Shown: positions 23,430-35,540, counted from the first letter of the whole stretch. The stretch is DNA of 54,971 bases, filler included, from Sphacelaria rigidula (GCA_964200075.2; 5 parts of 5 records of this genome joined end to end with filler, not necessarily neighbours in it); one strand, 5' to 3'. A program made the numbers and translations. The notes: generated by a model not told the origin, from the letters alone.

Positions 23430-26400
23430 GCCCGCTAGCCTGATCACCACCTTGTCCTCACTGTGCGACCCTCAAACGACCAAGAAGCAAGTAAACAAGA
23501 CTCGATATGAACACCGTTTGGGTCGCCCGAAGCACTCTCACCTCCACTGTGTATCCGAACGGCTGCACGGCGGTCTTAATGACCTCTCCAGCAGGAGTAC
23601 CGGCGGCAGGAGTCAGCAATGCCGGCGGGGTCGTGTCGGCCGGCAGCTTCGACGGGAGCAACCCTGGGCCCACATACACTGCGCCGCCGATATCGTGCTG
23701 TCGAGAAATAGAGGGTGAAAACGAGCCCGGCGGCAGGTGGAAAGATTGGTGAGAGTTCATGGCACCTCTCACAAACGAAAACCTGGTACACCTGCATGAA
23801 GACCCGCCGCTACGACAATCAGGGAACACGACTTTTATGATTGCATGTGTACCGCCTAGCCGTGGTGTCGCTCTCTGTACCTTGGAGAGCGTAGAGGAGA
23901 ATGCTTTCTGGAACGTCTTCGCCATGCGATCATCCACCACGACGGAGAGACTGGCACCTGAGAGAAAGAGCTCGATAGGGCGCCCGCCTTGGAGGGCGAT
24001 CTCCAGCAGCTGCGTACTCTCGACCCCAACACCAAGGACAGCGTCGCCCTTGTTGGTGAGCGTTCATGGATATGAAGAGGCAACGACTCCCCCTTTGTGT
24101 CATCTATGAACGGCGGTGAGGGCAAGATCTCTGGTATGTCAAGTATGAACTGCGATACAAAATGAGGGACGGCCGGCAGCAAGTCTCTGCTTTGTCTCTG
24201 GAGTGCAGCTGTATGCAGGCGGTGGTGCTTAACATCCCTCAACCAGTACTACCGGGAAAGATACAGTTGACTTCCGTGCCTGAGCATCGAGGCCGGTCAC
24301 CGATCGACTCGCGACAGCGAATATATGTCCCAACTTTCTTGGAATAAAGTCAACTACCGACGGGGAGTAACGCACCAGCTCCAAGGGCCATGGGAGTCTT
24401 CCCTTGTAGACCGCCTCGAATTCCTTCATGGCATCGCCTTCCTGTTCTTGAGCCGGCAGGCTTTCTCTTGTCTCTGATATCGTCTTGTCCACGGACGATA
24501 TATTGTCCCCCACGAACAGCTGGAAATCTTCCAACCCGTACGTACCGTCTATCATTTTGTGCACGCCGCTGTTCACAAAAATCGGGATCGAAAACATCAA
24601 ACGTCGCACCGCATTCTGTGATAGGTCGACCAGTGTGCAGTGATATTCACGCACACGGCGGCGCATTCTTACGTGGTCTCGATATAGACAGAGCGCCTTA
24701 CCTCGGGTGGCGGCCGGGCTACATATTAGCGGCACTCACTCCTTAGACCTGTCCGTCCAAGCAAGACGAGGCACCACGCTCTCGATTCTCTCCACCAGGT
24801 TGTGCGCGATGCGGGCGTTTTTGGTGATCCTATCCCAATCTTTCGGTGTGGGTGTCATCTTGTTCGCCCTCAAATGTCTGTCGTGGTTCGGTCGAAAATC
24901 GAGGATGAAAGTTGTTCGGGTACCGTCCTTGGGATATTTCGTAAGCATCGCGATACATTCGAAATAAAGACACATCTGCACTCTCTGCCTGTGAAATGTG
25001 GCCTCGCTCATCCTCGAAAACAGCCCTCTGCAATTCGTAACCTCCGGTGTTTACACGGAACGATATCGTCCTCGAGTGATTCTGGTACACAACACTGTTG
25101 ATCTTATATGTAGTTTGCCACGATGAGTGAGGTCGCACATCACAGCCGGCGAATGCTTTTATATTTTGACTTCGAAACCTTTTCGATGTTCACGAAGGTT
25201 CCCGAGGTTCGTCCTCTACCAAAGAATCTATCCTCAGTTTAAAAAATTGACTGCTTCGAGCAGAGGGGTGTACTCATGATCATGCATGCCATAGTCATCA
25301 GACCATTGACCTCGCATCCCTACAAAGCCGGGACGGAGCACGCCGGGTTTTCGCCGGACCAGGCTTCGAGCGGAGGGGGGGGGGCATGTGTAGTTATACC
25401 CTGGATAATTGGTCCTGACGGTCCATCAAACAGGACACATACCAAATGACACACTCTCGTCATCATTCGGTGCGGCGAATTAACGGAAGATAACTCGAGA
25501 TTATCACAACAAGCGACTGGATGTACCGGCGGTGCATACCTCACGAGCATATTGACGGCGATCGATTGCGCTGCGGGTTTGGCGTGTAGATCGCCGTAAG
25601 TCTTGCTCTTCGGGTACATCAGCGAAATACATTTCGCGTCGATACCGGGGTCCGACGTCTGAAACGCCCAGGCAATGGCTTTCATTGCTTCCGGTGTAGT
25701 GGCGAAGCAAGCCTTTTGCCAGTGCCGCACCGTCATCAGCGACAGAGAATTCAAACCCAGCTGTTTTTGGTGACGAGGGGACACCAACGGACTGTGGAGA
25801 AAAACATATAGCAGATGCAGTGAATCCGAGTTGGCCATTTCAGCGTCGGTGGAAGTTCAAAATGATCCATATTACCGTACACAACTTCTCCCGACTGAAC
25901 AGAACATCGGTACCGGCCCCCACATCGAATCGTCGCCCCCCCGCTCCAGAGCGGCAACTTCACTGCAACCGTCGTGCGTGCTGCATTACATGCGTGGTCG
26001 AGGTCTGTCGTGGTCGCTGCACACAGGATTGTTTCTCGGCGTAGGAGCGGGTGGGAGACGTAGTACACGCGCCGTGAACCCTCCGGCAACTAGTTTACGA
26101 CAATATAAGCGGACTTGACTCGGTTCCGAGATGTAACATAAATGACCCGCGGCGCACATATGATACAATACGACTTCAAACTTCACCCCATGCCCACTAT
26201 CGTCCCCGTGTAATGCAGACCCGGTTTTGTAGTACCCCGTTTTTCACATTCCATTACTCACGTTCGTGAACTCCTTTGCTATTTGCCCTCCCGTAACGGC
26301 ATCACTCCCCGTCCTCTCCTGGACCGACGTTATGACCCCAACGTACATGTAAAGCTTGTCGTACGTGTAGCGGGGGGACAGAGTCTCGCCGACATCGTTT

Positions 26401-26630
26401 AAAGCTGTTCGAAGGCAGGCAGGCAGAAGGAACGGTTGCCGTGGTTATTATCCACCGATGTGCCAGACTTTTCATCCGAAAACATTTCCTCTCTGACGCA
26501 GCTGATTCTGGGCAACAACAATATAAATCTATAAAGGCGTCTCTTTGGTCCTTCATATGCCATTCTGTATTCGCTCGGACGATCCCAAGACACTTTGCGT
26601 TCGAAGGCGGACAAAGGTATAACATTTGCT
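23430..26630 (-). pseudogene. Large decayed, spliced gene with C-terminal beta-class N6/N4 DNA-methyltransferase-like domain
   Basis: Consecutive coding-like minus-strand ORFs broken by stops, frameshifts and an insertion; splice donor EFTN|GTGAGT near 26270. Motif order: FQLFVGD (~24505-24525), FEAVYKGRLPW (~24390-24420), PVVLV, LTNKGDAVLGVGVESTQLLEIALQGGRPIELF...DDRM (~23925-24060). Confidence 0.5.
25265..25384 (+). mobile_element. G-tract-flanked short element (copy 2) inserted in the pseudogene
   Basis: Full core; flanked by a near-duplicate GCTTCGAGC(A/G)GAGGGG at both ends. Confidence 0.88.
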
Positions 26631-27191
26631 AGACTCGTGTGTTGGTCCGAGCACGGTCAGCCGGGAAACAGAACGCCCCGTGTTTTATCCAACAGACCCT
26701 TCTTGGGCAAAAATTCGATTGTTGCAAAAATCACCTGCGGCCACCGGAAAACGCAACGGTGTTTCGGAACCGTCTTAACGAGTGCAGCAATACAATCGCA
26801 GGTGTCAACAATGGCGTACAAGGTTGTTCGTTCGGCCAAAATAAAGAACGGCCACCAGAAAAACGCGAAGGTGTCCTGCAATAATCTTAACGGCTGAAGC
26901 ACGACATTCGAAGGCGTCTGCGTTTGGGCCGTAATCCGACGCATCTGGACCACATAAACAGTTCGTGTCAGGTTATTCTTGCTTGCCACAAGAATCGGCA
27001 TGAGAAATGGCGACAGCCGAGCTTTCGATTATGTCGACAAACCGAACAATGTAAGTCCGACTACATGTTACTTGAGAACTGTGGCGTTGGAATCTGCTTT
27101 GTTTTGTTTTCGTTTCGAATCTGAAAATTGAACGAAAGGTCTGAACAAAATGCGCCTAAACACCTCCCGTCGATGACGATCGTCCACTGTC

Positions 27192-27305
27192 CTCCCCCCC
27201 ACCCCCCACCCCCCACGGTACCCCCCACGGTGCTCCGTCTCGAAAGGGATGCGTGGTCAATGGTCAAACGACTAAGGCAAGCAACAAATAAGTACGCCCC
27301 CCCCA
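27192..27305 (-). mobile_element. G-tract-flanked short element, diverged subfamily B
   Basis: GTGCTCCGTCTCGAAAGGGATGCGTGGTCAATGGTCAAACGACTAAGGCAAGCA...AGTACGCCCC aligns with the reverse complement of the core and is near-identical to 36007-36118. Confidence 0.75.
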
Positions 27306-28306
27306 CCGCCCCCGCTGCCGCCACTTGTTCGCACAGGGCCCAGAGAGAAGGGCGAAGATTATTAATGGCAAAATGTTTGGGCCAATCACAGCCTTGTCAT
27401 GCACAAAATTGCGAGAAGAGCCCACCTTACCGGGATTAACAAAAGAAACGAGAAACGAAACAGATTTCTGCCTTTTTTCGGAGAAAAACGGCTTCAAAAC
27501 ATTATCGCAGAACGAAGAATAGAAGTTGGGGGCTTTCGGGAAAACGTCGCAGATTTTGTCGCAAGGCTCGCAGGTATTTCCCGCAGGGATGTCATTGGGT
27601 GTGTGAGACTCCCGAAACCTCGCTAACAAATATGTGTGCAAGACAACAACCAGAAGCACCCAGGCGCCGAAGCAAAGGTGTATGTGCCGGCATACTCGTG
27701 TCTGCGAAGTGTAGGGCCATACTGCATTTTTTAGAGCCCGAAAAAGAGAAAAGACGCATAAAAACGCTTGAGGCGCCGATTTCCTCTTTTGAGGGGCCGA
27801 AAAAGAATAAGGGCACACACAAAAAAAAGCGCAAAAAAAGACCAAAACTGCGCCGAAGACAAAAAAAGAGGCGAAAAGCATGAAAACAGTACCCGAAAAA
27901 CACGAGGAAAAGTAGCCAAAGATTCAAAGTCTACACCTCATGCACACGCGGATCGTCGTTTGAATCATAGACCCGCGGACGAGCCGTGTTAGAGGCCGAG
28001 CCTGAATTCCTGGCGCTTAACTAGTGTGTAGCCACAACAATCCCCCCCTCCGATGAGATCAGTCGTGACATCCCTGGCCGGTACAGGCGAAGAACGGGGT
28101 TCTCATCCTCATGCACAGTGTAGTACACGCTCAACCCCGACACGTTTTTTTTAACATGCTAAAATCGTATGACCTAATCATTACGTTGGCGTTTCTTAAA
28201 CCCTAGGCCGTGCGCCAATTTTTTACCTTGCATCAGATAGTTCAATGCTCTCGAAACGATTGCGGAGGCACGTGGCTACACACAATACCATCTGTCAATA
28301 TGGTGG

Positions 28307-28723
28307 CTAACCGTCGACAAGGACTCGCATGACCTCTGGGCCGAACTCATGGTAATTTCGACACGGCACGCTGTGATCTTGCTCGAAAATCGATCTCGCC
28401 GCGGATATCCGATTATTTCCGTGCGAGACGCGTAACTCGCACGTCGAGAGAAGCTCCGACGTTAGTCCTCCATTCTCCGGGACACCTTCATGCGGCATCA
28501 CTACGGCTGGCAGATTGTGCGTGAGCCACCCCTTCGACTTCAACGAAGTGATGACCTTCTCCACCCCACGAGGGTTCAGCTCGCGGGTGAGGGGCGTCAC
28601 GGCGATTTGAGATAACTTCATCGGAAACGTACCCACGTAGTGGCTGGTGAGAAGGGTTTCCATGTTTAGCTGTACTGGCGCTACTGTCCCTGACGGCTGA
28701 CTTCTGACATCAGGGGAATTCAT
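28307..28723 (-). CDS. ParB/Sulfiredoxin-like domain ORF (probably a first exon)
   Basis: MKLSQI.VTPLTRELNPRGVEKVITSLKSKGW...PAVV...LRVSHGNNRISAA matches the ParB-N pattern (R, L..SI...G...P..V, dG.hR..A); possible donor G|GTTAG at the end. Confidence 0.65.
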   Translation of the reverse strand: MNSPDVRSQPSGTVAPVQLNMETLLTSHYVGTFPMKLSQIAVTPLTRELNPRGVEKVITSLKSKGWLTHNLPAVVMPHEGVPENGGLTSELLSTCELRVSHGNNRISAARSIFEQDHSVPCRNYHEFGPEVMRVLVDG

Positions 28724-28800
28724 GAGGCTGAAACAACGGTTGCCTGCTTCTTTACTGTTGTTGTATGCAGGTTGCGAGCAGCAGCGCAGTGAGTGGTGTA

Positions 28801-28863
28801 AGGGACGGGGGTAGAGCGAGGGACGGGGGTAGAGCGAGGGACGGGGGTAGAGCGAGGGACGGC
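28801..28863. repeat. 18-bp minisatellite (AGGGACGGGGGTAGAGCG) x3.5
   Basis: Direct tandem copies ~80 bp upstream of the ParB-like ATG. Confidence 0.95.
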
Positions 28864-30351
28864 GAGAACGTTCTAATATCGCGGTTAAATGCAGGTCACG
28901 GTTGGGACACGTTACCCACCTTTATCCACAACGCCACCTGTACTCTGAATTCCACAACATATCTGGGTCATATCCGTCTCGCGTGAGTACTACTAAGCCA
29001 TATTCTTCGATAATATCTTGCTTAGTAGCTAGTACAGTGGTGTCTTTTTTACGAGCTCCACGTTCCGTAGGATGGTGACCCACTTGCCGCGTGTCGGGTG
29101 CCATACCACTGAAACGATCCCACCAGTCAGGCAGGTGAAAAGACCTAAAGATTCCGATATTTGTCGACATGTGTCCCGTTCTCTGATCACGCTTCGGGTG
29201 CACATGGTCAGTTGTACACAGGACCACAGGATATTTGTTATAAAAACGTGGAACAACACCGACGTCGTCCTTGGTGTCGATACATGATCACCCCGCCTAC
29301 GCTGTCATAAACGTATCGACATCGCCTACTCTCAAATACTCACTTACCAGGGGAATTAGTGTGGGGCGTGCATTCATGCCGATTACAGAGGCGGGCCGCC
29401 TCCTGTTCGCGACCTCGGTTGAACCCACAGAGCGGAGCATCGAATCGTGTGGGCATACGGGCGGCTTGACTCCAAACAAAAGGCAAGAGCAATCCCCTCT
29501 CGAGTCGATCGTTCCGGTGGCGGCTGCACCTCTCCCCACACGGCCTATTGCACTGCAACCCGGGTGCTCTATCGGTGTCGAGAACCACGTGAGTATTTTA
29601 TATCTCGTCGCCAAGTTTGGGCAGATGTGTGACTACCACTGTCGTGTAGCAAAGCGAACATATTATCATGTAGATTTCGCACCATATACGGCGGTACCGT
29701 ACTACGCAAGCGCGACATTAAAATAGACCGAAAATGTGTGCTACCACAGCCTGCTGAACGGTAAGTACGTAGCAGACAAGACGAAATAAATGAGTGTATA
29801 CAGCAGAGACAAACATAGAGAGGACCGACGGAGTATCGAAGTCCAGCCAGCACGAGTCAATGTTGAACACGACAGAAAACACCCACTTCGATCTGTCATC
29901 ATCCGGTGATGCCGTGGATGAGATTTTTTTCTCAAGATGATGGGCATAATACATTCTGTACGATGTAGACTTTACGATATAAAAGTAGTACAACCAGTGC
30001 CAGGGTGTTACAGCAGGCAAGAGTATTCACTATACAGGCCGTCGATTTTGCGAGCAGTACGACACCACAACTATAGGCTATGCTTCGCAAACACGGTACA
30101 GCTGTAGTCTGTACTTGGTATCTTGTACTACTCCATGTCGGAGTACAGGCTGTACTCTGCCAGATTACAAACACGGGCTGTACTCGCGAGCACAGTACGT
30201 AGTTGTGCTTTGCCAATACAGTACAGTACTATACCGTCTTCACTGTGGGGTTCGAGGTCACATGCAGCTGCACATCCATGGCAGTGGATGCAGATGCAGA
30301 GGATATGACTACTGACTACTGCCTGCACGGCGGTACTACACGTGAAGGCTT

Positions 30352-31492
30352 CAGTTTGTTTGCACACATCCGTATCGGACAGCTGATTCAAAACATGTGG
30401 GCTCCCGAATAAAAAACAACAACGCGGGATCGGTCATGATAAAAGGTTACGGTGGAAATAAGGATCCACCTATTTAGGCGGATATAATTTTTGCGACACG
30501 TGAATGTAGGACACATGTATAGACAACAATACAGGAAAGTCCCTGATCGGTTTTGATCCCGCAGTCAAGTGAATACAAAGTCAGTACAGTATACCAGTGT
30601 GTTCGACGAGCACCTTTAAGTTTCCGTAGTTACATGCACGCTGCTGATGTCTCTGCTTCGTGTTTCCCAACAACACTACAGACAGTGTGAAGCTATGCTG
30701 GCAACGCGAGAAGGGTTAGGTACACCCAAAAGACTGCGAACGGAGTCTTTACTTCCAAAAACAAATGGTTAACTTCTTGAGCTCTCCGGCTGTTCGTCGA
30801 ACTCTCCTGCCCTCTGGGAACCCGCGAATGTTCCTGGACTGTCAGCCGGTGAAACTGTTCCGAGGCGGACCACTGCCGCAAAACAGTAAACCGGGATACA
30901 GCAATCGATTTTGATATTCAAACCCGTACCGGTTGTTTTCGCTGGGTACGACAGCAAGAAACAGTAAGCCGGTATGTGTCGGCCGGCGCTACAGTGAAGC
31001 ACGGTTAATTGTGCCATCATTTTTAATGGACGTTCAGAGTGCAAGGCGGGTTGGGGGTTGCCATTTCGGCCCAGATGTTCATCATCGAGAGACTCTCAAA
31101 GTTGGGACCGATAGATTGATGAAGGCAAGATATTTCAGGTGCATTTTCTGCCCACCGTGGCGTGCTCACGCGCATTTGTTTAGTTGGTTTTGGACGGGAG
31201 ACCCTGATCCCAACAAATTGCATTGAAGAAATGCCTTGTGCTTTTGCTTGTGTTGCCATCGTATCAGAGGGGAGCGCTTGTAGCGGGATTGTAGAAGTGG
31301 CGCGCTCAAATTCAGAAACTTGGTTCTGGTTTTGCTCGTTCCCCGAACCCAGCTTGTTTTCATACATCCGTAACGGGCAGCTGAATCGAAACATGTGGGC
31401 TCCCGAATTAAAAAAACATCGCGGGATCGATCATGAGAAAAGGTTGCGGTGGAAATAAGGATCCACCTTTATAGGTGGATATAATTTTTGCG
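30352..31492. repeat. Direct repeat pair (~143 bp) at 30352-30495 and 31350-31492
   Basis: CACATCCGTA...AAACATGTGGGCTCCCGAAT...GGTGGAAATAAGGATCCACCT...GGATATAATTTTTGCG occurs twice. Confidence 0.9.
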
Positions 31493-32279
31493 TTCACATG
31501 TTCATTAAAAAAGGCGTGTGGTATTATGACGAAATAAGTATTCTGAATCTCGAATATGGCAATGTCCAACCCAGTCTACATGCGGTTTTCTCGTGCCACA
31601 TAGACACATGGAACACCTCTAAGGGAATCTGCACAGTGGCCGCAGGCGGCGCATAGGCAATATGCGCAATTTATGCGCATGATATGCCCACTAAGCGTTT
31701 CACAACCCAAAATAAGCGTCTTGAAAAACACAGAGTTCAGGCGCAAAAATCGGAATTGTGCGAAGCCTTAGGCGCGCATAAGAGGCGAAAGCCAAAATAT
31801 TATCGCCCAATTGGGTTTCTCACCGTGATGCGCTCGGAAGACCCTATTCGTGTGATTCAGAGGATAGTTTCAGATTCAGAGTGGATGCTCTAGCGTTCCT
31901 AATAGGAAACTCTGTTTCTTTTTTCTGCAGTAACACTGGCGGGGATGAAGGGTGCCTGGGCGTCGCTCATCACGTCAAAACTTCACCTCGGTGAAAAAAG
32001 TCTGACATACCTCGTGGTCCCTTTATGCAGGCAATAGGCAGGCGTCAAAGATATCGCACACTGTATGGCATATTGTTTCCCCCTTGTCCAAAACATAAAA
32101 ATCAGTTCCTATTCCAACCAACATTGAACACTATACTCGTGAGATTCAGAGGGTAGTTTCAGATTTAGAGTGGATGCTCTAGCGTTCCTAACAGGCAACA
32201 TTTTTTTTTTTGCTAGAGCACACGTGCTGTGCATGCAGTTACCGTACAGTACCTCATTCGAGGAATTCGGCGGTCTGGT

Positions 32280-32746
32280 TGGTGAGATACTGCACAAAGC
32301 ATTTTTACGCCTGGGGGGGGGGGCATTTCGGAACTGAAACTGTTTCAGGCACTAATCGGTTTTCCCTGAAAGAGGGGATCTTTTGTTGCAATGGACTGAC
32401 GAAGCAGTTGCGATCAAGTGATCTTGTGTCAAATTGATCGTGTAGGTGACAGCTTTCATTGAAGCCACCGCTTCACCAGCTGGGCGCGTTGCTCCTCGAA
32501 CTGTGGCGACGTCAAAATCGACGGGAAAATCGATTGTCTCGGGTCTCACTCTGAATCTGAAACTACCCTCTGAATCTCACGGATATAGTGTTTCGGTGTT
32601 CTATCAGGGGCGACGGTGGACCACGCGACGACAGGGATCCTGCTCACCGAAACAACATCCTCGCGTTCCTCGACAGATACGTAGAGATGTACGGGCAAAC
32701 CATGCCGCACCAGAAAGCTATATACTTTTACATGAGAAACAAACAG
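32280..32746 (+). pseudogene. Possible spliced DNA-transposase remnant
   Basis: YCTKHFYAW..GISELKLF and an AG...GT-bounded exon (~32608-32746) encoding ILAFLDRYVEMYGQTMPH, reminiscent of the C..F....GIS and F...Y....G..MP motifs N-terminal to Sola-type transposases (from memory). Confidence 0.3.
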
Positions 32747-32804
32747 GTGGGTAAGTGTTGGTCGCGCTTGTACAGCAATTGTTTCAGTCGCGCGTTTGGA
32801 CTGA

Positions 32805-32805
<1 letters not shown>

Positions 32806-32869
<64 letters not shown>
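32806..32869. repeat. (TG)n microsatellite
   Basis: About 32 TG units. Confidence 0.98.
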
Positions 32870-32875
<6 letters not shown>

Positions 32876-32943
32876 AGGAGATGGGAGTGTGTCTGGTTGA
32901 TTGTGTTTGTCTCTTTAACTCACTCCCCCACCGTCCCCCCGCG

Positions 32944-33043
32944 NNNNNNNNNNNNNNNNNNNNNNNNNNNNNNNNNNNNNNNNNNNNTTAATTAATTAAN
33001 NNNNNNNNNNNNNNNNNNNNNNNNNNNNNNNNNNNNNNNNNNN
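32944..33043. other. Artificial contig linker
   Basis: N44-TTAATTAATTAA-N44. Confidence 0.97.
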
Positions 33044-33118
33044 CGGCCTTGTAGGGATGCGAGGTCAATGGTCTGATGACTATGGCAAGCATGATCTTGA
33101 GTACACCCCCCCCTCCCC
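33044..33118 (-). mobile_element. G-tract-flanked short element, partial at contig start
   Basis: TTGTAGGGATGCGAGGTCAATGGTCTGATGACTATGGCAAGCATGATCTTGAGTACACCCC is the reverse complement of the core. Confidence 0.88.
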
Positions 33119-33323
33119 ACACACACACAGCGTCTTAGGATCCTTCAGCATTAGTTCCCCTATTGGGAAGCGTTCCTTCCTTGCAGTGTAATCATTTGTG
33201 CACCGTTTGGAGCATAGACTACATCACTGTGCGATACATTAGTTAAATGATGTCACACACATGCACGCGGTCGAGGTATCACGCATTTGGTGCGCCGCCA
33301 GCGTTTTGATACGAAAAAGAAAC

Positions 33324-33721
33324 AGAGAAACAAACTTCTGACTTACGGCACCTTACCATTTAGCTGGGAAACATCCACAAACGGTGAGAGATATCTGTAC
33401 ATGAACTACATAACACGTCGTTGAGCTTCACATACCGAGCCATGCAGTTCTTCAACGGTACCCGATTCATTGGTTAGGATTCTGGGTACCTCATCTCCTT
33501 TTTCAAGGGCTCCTAGTGAGCATTTCAAGAGAAACAAACTTCTGAGTTACGGCACCTTACCATATAGCTAGGAAACATACACAAGCGGTGAGAAATAACT
33601 ATACATGAGCTACATAACACGTCGTTGAGCTTCACACATCGAACCATGCAGTTGTTTAACGGTATCCGAATCATAGGTTAGGATTCTGAGTACCTCTTCT
33701 CTTTTTTCAAGGGCTCCTAGT
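33324..33721. repeat. Tandem duplication (~194 bp, period 204)
   Basis: AGAGAAACAAACTTCTGA...TCAAGGGCTCCTAGT at 33324-33517 and 33528-33721. Confidence 0.92.
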
Positions 33722-34944
33722 AGATATTTCTCTCGGTCACCCAGGAGCGAAATTCTCAGTCCTACGCATGAACCAACTTACCCCTCCTGCACCCCTCCGC
33801 GACGTACTCTTCACATCGGGTCACCCAACAAGCGAAATATGAAATATACCAATATACTTCTACAATCGAGTACTTGTTGATTATGTGTGGAATCAAGCAG
33901 TTGTTGGAGTTCGAAGCACCTTTAGCCAACGTAAATCAGAACACCAAACACTCTGAATAGTAGCAACTATTAATAGTAGTCCGTTATTGATGCCCCACGC
34001 ATGGTCTCCTTACCCGCCGTCATGCGACAGGGACCTCCCGGGTCTTCGTCCTCGAGAGCGGTACTCGATCTTGGGGTAGTATTTTTCGTTTTTTATTTCA
34101 CTCTTCCCTTTCCTTACCTTGCACTTATTTTGATATATTATTCTTGTCGTCCTCTAGTTTCCTCTGTTTACTCTCACTTCCTCGTTCCTCTTTCCCCTCT
34201 CTCGAGTCTCCCGAGCAAGGATTTTGATCTCGCTTGGGAAACAATCGATCAGCGAAAACCGAATACTGAACTACCACAAAATTATGTTTCACACCTCACG
34301 GCACAAAAAGTTGAGTTCATTCGAATTATCCGTCAATGTAATACCCACTCTTCTGTAGTGCCCTAAGGCTCGGATTTCCAGGGTCTCATGGTTCCAAATG
34401 CGTACAAGCTTGTGCATCACGCGCTTTTGGTCGAATCGGTCCTCAACCGCGCCAGTTTGAGCTTTGCAAACGCACATTTTGCCTACCCTCCGGGTGCCAC
34501 TTGCTAAGTTCTCGGTCCGCGTGGGGTTCGAGGTTCGAATTCGGGTTTAGCTGTTTCAGAGTTTGTCAACCACGGGATTAATTGTTACATCACGGGCTTG
34601 CTTGCGTGAATCCTCGTGAAACCACTCCACGTTGTCGTGAACGTTGATACCATACCCAGACGAAGAAGGGACGTTGGGGGGGGGTGCCCTCGGATGAGTG
34701 GATCTGACTCTTCCCCTCTCCCCGCCGAACGTCAACGAGGTCCAGGTGCCTGAATACCATATACCTACGTGCTTCGTCGTGTGATCAGCCGAAAACTCCC
34801 GCAAAAAATGCAAAGACCACCACCATTACAGTAACGGCCATCATGATAATTATCCTCCTCCTCCTTCTCCACCTCCTCCTGCTCCTCATTGACAACAGCA
34901 ACGTCCACAACAACAACGGCAAAGACTGTTCGATATCAACGTAC

Positions 34945-35540
34945 CTTCCGGTAGTCCGGTCCCTTGGTCGGCAAAGGCGCGTGCCCTTCCCATCTTCCAT
35001 GACCAACCTCACCGTCATCCCCGCTACCTGTGCCTCTCATACTGTTGAAGCACCCACTCTCCCAGGTACTGGGCTCTATTTCCCCACTCCAATTGCTGTA
35101 TTCTCCCCACCCGTCAGCACCCTCTGCTTGTTGGCGATGCTGCGGCTGTGGGTGGGGTTGTAATTGTTCAGGTCCTGGCGGTCGTTCGAGGGGGAAGGCT
35201 GTTGGTATCGTTTGCTGCGAGGCGAAGGAGACGTTTTGTTGGGGAACGTTTCCGACGACCGTTTTTGCAGTGGTGATTGTAGCGACCGAGAGATCACTTT
35301 TGTTGTTGTTGTTGTTGTTGTTGTTGTCGTTGTTTTTGGGGGTGGTGTTGCTGCTGCCACCGCTGCCATCGTGGTAGTGCCTATCATCACCCCCGCCTTC
35401 GTTTCCTTTGTTGACAACGTGCTTGTTGGGTCTTGGACGGCGTTGCCGCGCTCCCCGTGATTGGCTGCGGCACCTCCCACCGCCGCCACCGGTCGTGTTG
35501 TTGTCATAAACCACCGTTAAGCTGTCACTTCGCAAGCCAC
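34945..35540 (-). CDS. Exon of unknown low-complexity protein (poly-Asn, WEGHAPLPT)
   Basis: AAG acceptor (phase 1), open 596 nt, AAG|GTACGT donor; likely the same gene as exons at 39.6-42.4 kb. Confidence 0.55.

Noticed and set aside
22030-32943. Integrated phaeovirus (NCLDV) segment
   Set aside because: No capsid, polymerase, primase or packaging ATPase motifs were seen, and introns are present.
34785-35507. Overlapping poly-Leu/Val/Thr ORFs (also at 40085-40542 and 41228-41487)
   Set aside because: These are alternative-frame readings of trinucleotide repeats.
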